Shown here: one piece after another, positions 10,319 to 23,363 of the stretch
Numbering within the stretch: the first letter of the stretch is position 1
How the letters are laid out: each line of letters starts with the position of its first letter
Assembly (NCBI GenBank): GCA_028023455.1
Contig: JAQFVV010000003.1
Coordinates: forward strand, 3,224,001-3,288,000
DNA length: 64,000 nucleotides
Source: Epiperipatus broadwayi
Lineage: Eukaryota > Animalia > Onychophora
Direction: 5' to 3'
Notes under the pieces: generated by a model
Database searches by the model: none
Told to the model about the DNA's origin: nothing
The model's input: the letters and a program-made list of their open reading frames with translations, nothing else
Program-made: the position numbers and the translations under genes

Positions 10319-13300
10319 ACTTAAGAGTATTGCAAGCATCACATAAAAATACAATGTCCATTCTCTGTTTTATCTCAAAATTACATTTAAATAAATTATT
10401 CCAAAATCAACAATATATTTTCAATCCAATTCTCTTTTACCATACTTACATTTAAATAGGTCATTCTTATTCCAAAATCAACAATATATTTCTAAAAACC
10501 CTGATCCCTCTTTTTCATTTATTCTGCATGGATTCCTCATCATATCCCTTGCTTCTAAGAAGAAACTCAAAAATAAATAATTTTTTAAGCCTTGTTTCTT
10601 CTCAATAAATAACCATTTTCACTCTTTTTAAATTCCTCAGTAATAATAGCCAGATTGATCCAACTAACATTTTTACTCTTTTCAATCTACATTAAATCAA
10701 TTGGCTTTCTTTTCTTTTGTTAATATTTCAAATTTCTCCTCATAAATCTAAATTCCAGAGAAAATTATAAACATCTTAATCAATCACAAAATAATTTGGT
10801 TCTTTGATAAAAGGCAAGTTCATCTTTATTATTTTCATTTAAATTTCTCTCCCACTTTCTTGATCTTCAGTTAAGACGATGTTTTTATTTTTTTAATATT
10901 CTTCCCTCATAAGAAAACCATACATTTATTAATATTTATAATAGTATTGCACTTAATCTATCTGTCTAGATATTAGAAGTCTTTGAAAGAATGCAAAGTA
11001 TTAATGCAAAGGTAAAAACTTTAAATAATATTTGAAAAATATCATTTGATAAGATGTTTGTTTGTTTAAATGAAAGACTCTATAATCTATTGTACATTAA
11101 ACTCATGTATCATTTTTGGTAGAAATTTTTTTTCAGATTTAGTATGAATTTTAGACTATGAAAACTACTATTAAATCTCAATAGTGTTTTTTTTAGAAAA
11201 ACAAACAAACAGAAATATCATGTGAAATTAAATCTAGAGTTTGAAGTTAAGAAATGAAGATTGGATGGAAGAATGCCTTGCTTAAAATTCTGCTCTAAGA
11301 AAGGCTAAGTAATTAGCAGTAAAATATAACTAAGCAATAATACTTGAACATTGAGTATGATAGTTAATAACAGCCTTTAACACAATTATTAATTTAATAT
11401 CTCAATGTTTGGAATGCACTAAAACTGTGTGCCTTGGTATAATGTTAGAGTGGCAAACTCTGAAACGAAGATCCACAAATCCCAGTTCCAGGTGTTATCA
11501 CCTCCTATGTTCTTATTTATGAATTACTAAACATAAATTAATCTCTTTTTTAATGTTTAGATTTGCATCACATACTTTGAGTAACTTCTACATCAATCTT
11601 CTTATTTGAAATCTTAACAGAGCAATGATTATATTTTATTATACAATTTATATCTTAATGATAAAAAGCCCTTATTAAATTTGTGGTATGGTGTGCATTT
11701 TAATTCAGTTACAGGACAACAGAATCAAAGACTGATTCTTGGCTATGAAAAGAAATAAAATTTTCAGCTTGATCAGTTGAGTGAAATTGTTACAATAATT
11801 CCATTGCTTAAGTGCTCAAATGTCATATGACTTTTGAATAACAGTCCATAATGATTACATAATTTATATAATAACATTAAATGTCAAAAGTTAAACTAAA
11901 AAAAAAAAAAAGATTAAACAATACCAACTACTTAACTTCTAGTCAAATTTGTAATTAGCAAAGAATCTTATTATGTTAAAACAAATATAAAATTAAAATA
12001 AAATGAAAACCCAGTTAACATTTAAACATCCATACCATCTTACTCACAATTTATGTTACATTCCCAACTACCCATGCATGATGTGATTAATAAACTATGA
12101 TAAGGATGTAGCTTGCAAATGTTGATCAAATTTAATGTTTGATAGAAAATCTATTGTCTAGTTATCTTAATCTCCCTACAGACAGAGAAATTAGCATACA
12201 TGCATATACATTAGTGAGACATATTACAGCCTTATATAAATATCAAGTAGTGAATAAACATCCAATCAGTGCTACTATAGATACAGTAAACAAAGTATCC
12301 CATGACATTCTTACCTTTTTAAGATCTGGGACTAAGAATAGTAGTAACTCACTCTATTCATTCTATTCAGGAGTCATCTACTGTAACATTAAGTAATTAG
12401 TAGGTACTAGGGAATAAAACTTTTTCCACATCTTGAGACTATTTTCTGGCTGTTGGTCATCTTTAGTAAAGAGAATGATTTCTCAAGCATACAACAGACA
12501 TCTCTGAATAAAATAAAACGAGTGAATTACCAATCTAACTGTTACTAGATACATGTCTTACAGACCAATGTAAAATCATGTTAAACTTATAGCTTAGTAT
12601 ATATTATTCTTTTATCAAAGATCAAAATAGATGCAGTTAGTCTATAAATAGAAATAACTGAATAGCTTTATTGCTCTGAAGTTCATAAAAAGTTTGGTGA
12701 CAGAAATTGGTGAATTCCTCACCAATCTCTCATTGTCTAGACAAATACATGGTGTGACTTCAAAATCTGAGGGTATTGAAGCTTTCAAATCAAAATTTTG
12801 TAGTATAACATGACAAATAGCCAGAGTTATGGGTTTTTTATTTTCTAGATTAAAATTAATACCTGATGTCAAGTTAAAAGATATTAGTTATTAAGAATTT
12901 TAGTAAACGAAGATCAATAAATCAAGTATCTTTTTTTATTTAACAATTAGATTTTTTAGCACATATCAATCATGTTTAAATTGTTATTATTATTACTTTC
13001 AAAATTAAAATTTTATTTATACCTTAGAGTAGATATAAGAGAAATCAATGATAGCATAAAATTAGGTCAATAAGAAAGTTTTAATGAATACATATAAATG
13101 TGATATGCAAACTATGTATATAGAAAAATCAAAAGTTGTATTAGATCATTGCTTTGAAAATTTAGAAACAAATACAGGCAGTCCTAGACTTACATAATTG
13201 ATGTATTCAATTTTCACAATAAGTGTAAGTTTATCCATTCTTCATGATACAGAATATGAATTTATTTATTTTTAATAAATGAAAATATGCATTACAATTT

Positions 13301-15140
13301 ATCTTATAAAAAATGTTCTCACAGCATGATTGGATATCACATTTTCCAAATTTTTTCACTTCCTATATGCTAAAAAATTGTTTACACAAGCTAGAGGACT
13401 CCTGTATAATTAACAATATTTTTATTTATTTCTAAATGAAGTTCTCTGTTCAAAGGTGAATGGGCAAATACTCAATAAGTACCGGGGCCTATAGTGATGA
13501 TCATAACTTGGTTGTATTATTTTATAGTCTAGATATTTCAACTTGCCTTTGGGTAGAGAACTTATTGCATATGTAGATATAATCAGCTAAATGCTATTTG
13601 TCATGCAACTATTTAGAATAGATATTTAAAATATATATATATATTCAGATTACGTAATTATCTTCAAATTTAAGTTTGATGACTCAGGGTAATGTGGCCA
13701 AGTAATAAAAACATTTGACCGTTGTCTAGTAGCTCACTATTGTTATCAAAGTTTAGCATAAATTAATTTATATTTTTTGCACAGTAGACTGGTAAAGAAA
13801 ATTTTGAAAAAATATAATATGAATATGCAAAGAGTATGGCTGGGAGATAAAAATTATGTCAATATCTCTTATTAAGTTACAAACAAGCGCAATTCAATAA
13901 TGAAAAGAGAATTTTTTATCTGATAAAAAAAAAATTCTATTTAAAGTAAAAACAATTTATAAAATCTAAAATTGTGTGTCTGTGCGCACATACATGTATT
14001 AATTCCTTTCGCTTTTGTTTTTAATGTTATTAATTAATTAATTATTTACGCTTTTATGGCATGGATTTTTTTTTTTTTTACGTTGTATTTTTTATTTTGA
14101 AATGACGCGACCCTTTATTATAATATATAATAAAAGTTAATGACAATATATACACGAAATATAGAATATATCGCTATACACAGTCATATATATTTTCGTG
14201 GTTACTCTTCAAGTATTTACACATAAATATGCAATGTATTTTTTTTTTTCAATTAAAAAAAAAGCTTATAATTCCCAGATGCTGAAAGAATAGGCATGAG
14301 AAGAATGTATATGCATCAATAATATTGATAAATTTAATATATGTCTCATCCAAAATGATTCTTATATGTATAAAAAAAAAAAACACGATGAGGATAACTT
14401 AAGTATATATAGTTTGAAACATTGAAATTATATAAAAGTAAAAAATATCAGTATTCAGAAACAAAACATAAAAATGTATATGATAGAAAGATGTTATATA
14501 TAATTAATATTTTCTTTAATAAAATAAAAATAAATCTTTTTTCTTTTCTGCAGGTTAAGTGACACATTGAAATATAAATTTTAGACTTCAAAAAGTATCT
14601 GTATAACATAAAGGTAAATCATTGGCTCAGAGCATGCAGGTATATGTCATTTCCTTCATCAATAGTAAAAATCACATCATATCACAATCATGTTTTCCTT
14701 TATAATCTTTGTATCAACATTCATCTCACTAGTTCAGATTTCAGACAATTCCTTTACTTTACAGCTAAGAATCACTAGACATTATTTCCCCAAGCAATAT
14801 TACATGATAACAGTACAATCAACAGGGTATCAGATGAAAAAAATAGGGTAAAATTCAATTATCTTTAAAAAAAAACTGCACAGAAATGAACTCAGATCAT
14901 GGAAATGGCAAAGAAATATGTTAATTTCTTTACTTTGAGTCTCTGATGTGAAAAGTGTGATTAAATAAAAAATAACCATAGGTAGATTACTTTGTAATTA
15001 TTTTCCCTAAACACAACAGAAAATTCTATAATAATATAAGTAAGAAATTCTTTTTTTTTTTTTTAATTAAAATAAATGTACTATCTTGTGCATATAAAGT
15101 TCTCTGATCAAAAACAGTTACGTAACTAGGCTAAGAGAGT

Positions 15141-15182
15141 ACTACAACCATGTTACATCACTTGATCATCATCAGTGGTAGT
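15141..15182 (-). ncRNA. Degenerate hammerhead ribozyme 3' of PLE2
   Basis: Minus strand reads ACTACCA CTGATGA T GATC AAGT GAT GTAAC ATGG TTGTAGT. The CUGAUGA core is intact, helix I ACTAC/GTAGT pairs, and the GAAA is eroded. Confidence 0.5.
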
Positions 15183-15299
15183 TTGTCATTGCCTACCATC
15201 CTCTTAATACAATTTAATATCTCAATTTTAGAGCAAAATTATAAACCTTAGTGAGCCATTTTATAACATTATCATTTAAAAATTATAAAAACAATAAAT

Positions 15300-17114
15300 T
15301 CTTTAATACATTTTTTTTCTTCAAATCTTTGTTTTTTAATTCTATGAACCATTTCTTCATTCTTCAGTTTTCCTCTAATGTTTCAACCATAATTATATAA
15401 GGTCATTGTCAAGGATTGTTTATATCTATATGTTTAGAACTTCCATAAACAACATAATAAATAATATTATTATAACATAAATTACTTTTTTTTAACTTCT
15501 TACTTACTTTCCTACATCCTTTTATATTTTAAATTTTTCCTTTACTTTACATTTTTATATAAAATATCCTTGAATTATTATAATTATAATTATACTTCTA
15601 TAATTACAGCAGATTCTTAACATTTTCTATTCAAAACTGGTTTTCTTATTTTTATATATAAACTTTCTTTACTTAATCTTTTCTTGTAAGATCTCACATT
15701 TTCCAATATCTTTATTTTTAAATTTAAATGATTAGATTCTTTCATATGTAGGTATATATTAAATTTTTTATCTATTAAATGATGTTTCAATTTCACTTTA
15801 ATTTTATTATTGTTGTTTCTACATATGAAACATTTTTATTACCTCCCTTACAATCTAAGCAATTTGTAATATAAATGCCATTCATATTTTCCAATCCCTC
15901 CTCTTTTCTAACATTTATCAATTTATCTAAATTTATCTTCTTTTATATACTGATTTAATTACAAATTTATTTTTATACTCCCTGTCTATATCCTTCATTA
16001 TTTTTACTTATCTTATAAAATGTACTTTTTGATACCTTAAAAACTAGTATAAATTTCTGTATTTTAAATTCCTTATCTTTCTTATATACTCTTTTTATTC
16101 TTTCTATATTTTTTCCTTCCATATAATTTATTAATTAATTTATTAGAATAAACATTTATCTTTGCTTCATTTTTTATTATATCAATTTGTTTTTTTTAAT
16201 AATTTATTAGTAGAACACAATCTTATTGCTCTATTTATTCTATTATTAATAATGTTTATTTTATGTATACAACTTATATCTGATCCCCCAATTACTTAAT
16301 AAACCATAAAAAGTCTTTTTCTGAAAATAGTTCTTTCAATATTATTTTTTTATTGCTTTTTTTAATTTTAACATCCATATAATCAATCATATTATTCATT
16401 TCAGTTTTCCATAATAAAGTGACATCTACAATCTATTTCATTTATATATTTTATAAAGTAATCAGATATTTCTTTATTACTATTAAATACTAAAAAATAA
16501 TTATCAACATATTTTACATAAAATATTGGTTTATATCTGTTAAATAAAAATATTTATTTTTAAAATTATATATATAAAGGTACTAGAAATTCACTTAGAC
16601 TATTTACCATGCTAAGACTTTTTATTTGCTTGGAAAAAAAATTTTCATATTCAAATACTACATTTTTACAACATATATTCAATTGTATAATTGTTTACAT
16701 TTTATTTTAATCTGTTTTTCTTTATCTTTAATATTCACCTGCATAATCATCTCGATTGCTTCATCTGGATCAATATTTGTATACATATTTTTAACATCTA
16801 ATTCTACAATATATATATTTATTTCTTCATGTTTATAAATTTATTTAACCTCTCAACAAATTCATTTAAATTACAAACATCATTGTCATTGTTTTCACTG
16901 GTATACTTTTCAAATACTTTATGATGTAATAATTCAGAAAAATTTTCAAAATATGTGTTGGCATTATTAATTACTGGTCTAAGTGAAATACCAGTTTTAT
17001 GTATTTTAGATTGTTCATACATTTTTGCATTATTAATATGCATTTCTTTCAATTTAATCATCTCATGATTTTTAATATTGCTTTTTAAATACATTTCTAT
17101 TTTTAAAAAATATA
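15300..17114 (-). pseudogene. Penelope-like element PLE2: RT plus GIY-YIG, degraded
   Basis: YEQSKIHKTGISLRPVIN, VELDVKNMYTNID, FYVKYVDN (about 16500-16540) and NGIYITNCLDC...SYVETT (about 15815-15885). The left boundary is approximate. Confidence 0.8.
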
Positions 17115-17259
17115 AAAGAGACATATATCACATAACCCATTTTTTTTTTAAGCTTGTAAAATGTAAGTAAAAAGCTTTGCTAATTGCTCCACAAGCTTTG
17201 TGATAAATGCTAACCAAGAGAAAGCATTTAAAATATCTCTATCAGAAACCACACCCAAT

Positions 17260-17301
17260 CCCCCGACCAATGGTTTCATGCTTTGGCACTCCTCAGAGAG
17301 G
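17260..17301 (-). ncRNA. Type I hammerhead ribozyme, family B (core intact)
   Basis: CCTCT CTGAGGA GTGC CAAA GCAT GAAA CC ATT GG TC GGGGG. Confidence 0.8.
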
Positions 17302-17673
17302 TGCTAGGATAGTTTCAGACACTAGATCTAAAAATACCAACCCAAAGCCAGCATTTATCTAAGAGTTAACTATTGAGTAGAAAATCTGAAATTTTCAGAC
17401 ACTTAAATGTCTTCAAATCCAGCTATCTAACTCAAATAGCTATATGGGGCTGAGAGATCTTCAGCCAAACCATATGTTAGTAGTCTTAGCAATATAACAT
17501 CACTTAAGACTTAAAGCAAAGACTATAAATAGTCAATAAAAAACAAAGAGTCATATATCACATGACCCCATTTCTTTTTTTAAGCTTTTAAAATGTAAAC
17601 AAAGAGCTTTGCTAATTGCTCAACAAGCTTTGGGTTGGTATTTTTAGATCTAGTGTCAGAAACTACCTTAGTG

Positions 17674-17715
17674 CCTCTCTGAGGAATGCCAAAGCATGAA
17701 ACCATTGGTCAGGGG
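17674..17715 (+). ncRNA. Type I hammerhead ribozyme, family B (core and all three helices intact)
   Basis: CCTCT CTGAGGA ATGC CAAA GCAT GAAA CC ATT GG TC AGGGG, with a GUC cleavage triplet ending at 17710. Confidence 0.85.
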
Positions 17716-18224
17716 ATTGGGTGTGGTCTCTGATCAAATAAATAATTTGAAATTAAAAAAGAACCCAAAAACCATCACTTATTTACAAGAGAAGAGTATT
17801 ATTCATTTTTATTAAAAATTAAAAAAAAACAAAGAGAAGTTTTCCAGCCAAATTGCCAGCAAAATACCAATGTTTGTCAATGATGCAATATTGTAAAAAT
17901 TGGAAGGGGTTGAAAACTCATCATACCTGTTAAAAATGAAAATGAATCAATTACATATTTTACACTTTTTTGGAAGAGAATTTTCAACTAATTCATGACA
18001 TCCATATTGAAAATTGGTCATGATGAGAAGGAAATGGTATGCTGTATTTAAATCTTTATAAAAATGTAGAACTTTTACCTAATTAAAGTTTCCTTATTTT
18101 GTATTTCTTATTTATATAGTTTTATCATAATTTGATAAATAATATAACAATAAATAAATTAAAAAATCACTAAATATTAAAATTAATAAATAACAAATAA
18201 TATATATATTACATCAGATTTCTA

Positions 18225-18360
18225 CTGGTAATTATTAATAATTACATGGTCAATGTGATTTATGTGTACTATTTATCACTTTGACCAAAGGACTCTGGTA
18301 ATTATTAATAATTACCCTGTCAATGTGATTTTTAGTATTTTTTTATCACTTTGACCAAAA
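18225..18360. repeat. Two-copy 70-bp tandem repeat made of palindromes
   Basis: CTGGTAATTATTAATAATTAC...ATCACTTTGACCAAA at 18225 and 18295. Confidence 0.8.
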
Positions 18361-18866
18361 CACCAAACCGGATTTATTACTTTAAACAGTAACATATATA
18401 ATAATTAAATTTATGTATAACTAAAACATTATCCTAATAAAATGCTTTTTTAAAAAAACTTTAACTCATAAATACATAAAAAAAAATTTAACAAATTTTA
18501 TTTAATTATATATATTTAAAAAATTAATATAGTACTGTTTCATTACAAAACAAATCTAAAAGTAAATATTTTTCTTATAAGAGATATTCAAGATAACACT
18601 ACTTTAATTTAAAATGAACATTTAGTGTTAAACAGAATCAAAAAAATAAATAAATAATGACTGGGGAGAAAAAATTATAAAAAATATATTTCTATAGAAT
18701 ACATTTGATTAAATAACAAATGAAATATATACTTAACAAAATTGTCTTTTTTTCTCATTTAAAACAATAACATATATTCTTAAAAAAATAAATAACAAAA
18801 CCATTTGCTTAATCTAATTATTATACAATAATCCCAAAAATAAAATTACAAAAAAAAAAAAAAAAA

Positions 18867-18935
18867 TCAAGTCAGATGTCACATGACCTAGCACCTCACT
18901 GAGGACACCAGTAGCAGAAACCAGTCTGGTATTGG
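18867..18935 (+). repeat. Short fragment of a third HHR-related family (C)
   Basis: CCTCA CTGAGGA caccagtagca GAAA CCAGTC TGG at 18894-18929. 18867-18889 matches 55645-55670 in inverted orientation. Confidence 0.45.
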
Positions 18936-19933
18936 AAATATTCTGCAAAGCTCATTAAGAGCTTATTTTGCGAGTTCTATATATAACAATAATCCCACTC
19001 TATTCACAGAGAACCATCCATGAGTTTACTAACTAATAGTTTGAAAAAAAATTAAATAAAAATTATGAATTTTCATTCTAAATTTCATGCATGCCTTCCA
19101 ATAGGAGAACCTCTTTCAATCAACTACTTCATCACATTGACTGTGCACTTAATCAAATGGTTGTTTTTTCTCACTTTCTCATTCTATTGTCTTATTTATA
19201 TGACTTTTTTTTTTCTGTTTATATCTAAATGTATACATATTTTAAATCAAAGTGTATCAGAAATGTGTGTGTGTATATATATATTATTTAAGATTTGTTA
19301 TTATCCATGATCAGCAATTTGGGAAGTCTTGGAATCAAAAGCAGTATATACAGACAGACTATTATACTTAAAAGTAAATCAATATTAAGAACTGGTAGCT
19401 TTATCAATGAAATGTAATAAATACTATACTGTAAACTTGAGAAAACATTGTAATTATTAAACATAAACTTGTCATTGATAAGAATTCTCAACATCAAAAA
19501 TTTATTAGAGTTGTATTTAACAAGTTTAATGTTGTTTTTTAAATAAATAGTATTAGTATTACCTTTAATTTATTAAATCAATGTTAATATATCTAATCAT
19601 ATCAACATATTAATGAATTAAAATGCAACAAGTTAAAAAAAACACTGTTAATTCATAGTATGTTAATTTAAAAAATCAAAAAGAAGAACAGCTTGGGTGG
19701 GTGCACCAGTTGGATTCAGGATCAAAAGAAGATTCTTTTCTTTACTGTCATCAGTGAATAATTGTTTGAAGCATCTTTAACTCTCAAATCTGCTCTTCTT
19801 AACTTCAGACAAGACGAATCAATGTTTATAATTTCCAAGTCTTCAGTTTAATTTCTTAGTAGCACTAAATTAAGTTTTACTAAATATTCTCTTCTTATTT
19901 CATGGTCTTATGTGTTATTAAAAGGAATATTTT

Positions 19934-20433
19934 NNNNNNNNNNNNNNNNNNNNNNNNNNNNNNNNNNNNNNNNNNNNNNNNNNNNNNNNNNNNNNNNNNN
20001 NNNNNNNNNNNNNNNNNNNNNNNNNNNNNNNNNNNNNNNNNNNNNNNNNNNNNNNNNNNNNNNNNNNNNNNNNNNNNNNNNNNNNNNNNNNNNNNNNNNN
20101 NNNNNNNNNNNNNNNNNNNNNNNNNNNNNNNNNNNNNNNNNNNNNNNNNNNNNNNNNNNNNNNNNNNNNNNNNNNNNNNNNNNNNNNNNNNNNNNNNNNN
20201 NNNNNNNNNNNNNNNNNNNNNNNNNNNNNNNNNNNNNNNNNNNNNNNNNNNNNNNNNNNNNNNNNNNNNNNNNNNNNNNNNNNNNNNNNNNNNNNNNNNN
20301 NNNNNNNNNNNNNNNNNNNNNNNNNNNNNNNNNNNNNNNNNNNNNNNNNNNNNNNNNNNNNNNNNNNNNNNNNNNNNNNNNNNNNNNNNNNNNNNNNNNN
20401 NNNNNNNNNNNNNNNNNNNNNNNNNNNNNNNNN
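19934..20433. other. Assembly gap (500 N)
   Basis: Run of N. ORFs spanning it in the supplied track are artefacts. Confidence 1.
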
Positions 20434-23363
20434 CTGTACATTGGTATAGCATGTGTTGTAAGATTTCTTCTGATCGATGGCACAGTCTGCAAAAAGGATC
20501 TATTTTGAAGTACATTCTCTTGTGATGCAGAAAATAGGTTGTGGGCATGGCAACAAGATTTAATTTCAAAATAAAGTCAAAAAATTTTGGTTCCAGAGCC
20601 CATTTTTTAAATTCTTTTAGTAATCTTTTGTTGTTTATCCCTAACATTGGTGCTACATCATTAATGTTATTTATTTCATTTGTGAGATCATAGATATTCC
20701 AATATGAATATTTGTGTGTATATTGTTCAGGTATGTTTGCCATAGTTTTAAATTCATAAATAATTGTTGATATGTATGATTGAGTTGGAGGTGGACGATC
20801 AGTTGGGATGATTTGCACAAGGTGTTTTAGTTTTGTGAATTGCTGTAAAGTGGTAATTATGAGATTCCTTTGTTTTTGGATGTGAAATATGTTAATATTG
20901 TGTAAACCTAGTCCATTTTTAATGAGTGGTTGATTGAGCCTTCTTGTTGAAATTGCTACTGTTTTTTTGGACCATAGTAGTTGATTGCAGATGGTTTTTA
21001 TTTTTGATTTAAAAACTTTTGAGAAAGATTATTAAACTATTTTTGTTATGATGAGCTGGTTTATCAGCTGTACTTTGGAATATATGGATAAATATGTTTT
21101 TGATAATGAGTTTACTATTTGTTTGGCCTCCTCCTTTAGTTTATTTTGTATGTGGCATCTCATTCCTGCAAGTCCCATATGGAAAGGAAAACCAAGAAAA
21201 GAAGTTGGTTTTGATTGGTATGTGTTTGTGCACAGCTTTCCTGTAAATAGTGACCATGCTGATGTTTTTGTGGGATTGAATTTCAATTTATATTGCTTAG
21301 TATAGTCTTCAAGAATATTTTGTAGCTGGGCAAGTTGTTTTTTTGATGATAGGAAAACAGTAACATCATCCATATATGCTAAGCATGGTATATGTTCTGT
21401 AGTGCCTGGTATCTGTATTCCAGTAAAAGATTGTTCTATTTTTTGAATGAGAGGGTTAATGTATAGTATGAATAGTAATGAGCTGAGAGGTGATCCTTGA
21501 GATATTGATTGTGTAGGAGTAAATGATGGGGAGTTTCTTCCATTGATGGTTATATGGATTTCACAATTTAGAAGTAAGTTTGCTATTAGATATAGATGAG
21601 TTTTGGGTATATCAGTGTTATTGAGCATTTCTAGAAGTATAGGTATATCTATTGAATCAAATGCTGCCTCAATATCTAATTGTACAGCTATGGGGCCATT
21701 TTTTTTTTTGTTTTTTTTATTGATGCTAGGATTGTTTTAAAGAATAGAGCTGCTTGTATTGTTGATGAATTTTTTTTTGCAAATTGGTATTTTGAAATAA
21801 GCATTGTTATGTGTGGCTCAATTTCTTGCTTTATGATTTTTTCTATGATTTTAATCGGTAATGGCCCCATGGATATAGGTCGTATATTAGTTAGTGAGGG
21901 AGTAATGTGTTTTGTTTTGTTGAAAGGAACAATTGCAATTGGGTACACTCCTTCCATGTACTGTATTTTTTGTGTTAAATAGTTTGCTAAATTGCATAAA
22001 TATTTTGCAGTGAATTGACTCATGTGTTTTAAGACAAAAGCTGGAATTCCGGGGCTACCTGGGTGGCATGCATTTGGGATACTGTCTATTTTTTCTATAA
22101 AGACATTTGTGGTAAAAGGTGTTTTTGTTTCTGTTGGGCCAAATAAATCTGGTTTAAATGTTTGAAGTTGTCTTGTTTGAAGGTTTTTGCTTGAAATATT
22201 GGTATATGGGCAAAATCATATTGTGATCTGCAAATGTTCCTTGATTTGTGTGTATTGCCATTGGCACCTTGATAGTTTGTGGCCTTCCAAGTGCCCATCT
22301 AATGTATTCCCTTGTCCAAGTGTGTGGTTTTGTAAGACATAGTTTGCTTTTTTTAATTTTGAGGTAGCTTTTAAGGGTGTCACATGCATTATTGTATGCA
22401 TGTGTAAGTTTGAATATGTATTTTTGTGTTTGCTTTGAAGGGTTAATCATGGTTAATCTTTTGTGAATTTCATCTGCTAGTGCCAGTACTTTTGATAGTG
22501 GTGGTTGCTTCATTACTATATGATTGATATTAAATGAAATAATGTTTATAAATGCTATATATTGTTGTATAGGATTGAGTTTTATATTTTTAAGCTTGTT
22601 TATCATGATGTAGGCTTCAGAAAAATAAATTCAGGTGTGTTTACTGGTAATAGAACTCTAATTGTTCTTGTGAATGGAAGGGTTGATGGTTGAATATCAT
22701 TGAAGTTAATTGTTATTGTCTGTGCTGAGTGATCTGAGAAAGCTGATGGCTTAAGTTTTATTGTTACTAGATGGTGAAGCATTGGTGAGTAGAAACATAA
22801 ATCAATTAGTGAAGAGAATCGGCCATTGTGAAAGGAAATTGCATTTTCTGGTAGGAATCCTTGTGCATTCATGAGTGGTATGGATATTTTATGAATCCAT
22901 CGTTCTGTGAATTCTTTGTATGTTGTGTTAAAATCACCTATTAGTATTGTTGGATTTGCTGTGTTTGCTAGCATGGAATTGATGTTTGCTAGTATGGTAT
23001 TGATTCTGTTGTGTTGTATTGGCATGTAGATAAATATTATATTAATAATTATAATTTTATGTTGAAAAGTTGTAATAAGCATATTAGAATCAATATATAT
23101 ATTATTTTAAATGTAGTGAAAAAACATTTTGGGGTAATTAGGATAGCAGTACCTGCTGAGGGAGATGATGAATCTCTTGAGCAGGCACAAAATCCTTCTT
23201 TACTTAGATATTTAGCTGGTTCTGTTTTTGATCCAGTGTAGATTTTTGTTTCCAGTAATCCAAGTATGTGTGGTTGTGTATTTCTGATCCATTGTTTAAG
23301 TTTATGAATTTTTGTAGTTGAGTTCAGGCCTCTTACATTAATTGCTGCAATTTTTAATTTCAT
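20434..23363 (-). CDS. L1/Tx1-like non-LTR retrotransposon ORF2 (APE endonuclease, RT, C-terminal Cys/His knuckle), split by frameshifts
   Basis: INVRGLN, GLLETK, ILIGDFN, LIDLCF, SDH; NIRPISM, LDIEAAFDSI, ISQGSPLSSLLF, YMDDVT, KFNPTKT, NGLGL; CRLCHRSEEILQHMLYQC. The 3' end runs into the gap. Confidence 0.9.

Larger units (their letters stand above)
17115..17733. mobile_element. Family B HHR-bearing repeat, fold-back locus 1 (430-nt monomer, partial copy, inverted arm)
   Basis: AAAGAG(A/T)CATATATCACAT(A/G)ACCC at 17115 and 17545. Inversion at 17627-17632 through the shared GCTTTG. Confidence 0.85.

Noticed and set aside
11430-11495. Degraded tRNA-like or SINE head
   Set aside because: Weak A box, no recognisable B box.
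14552-14613. Exon between a strong acceptor (TTTCTGCAG) and GTAAAT
   Set aside because: Stops in all three frames and no partner exons.
19895-20525. Long ORFs spanning the N run
   Set aside because: These are artefacts of translating N.
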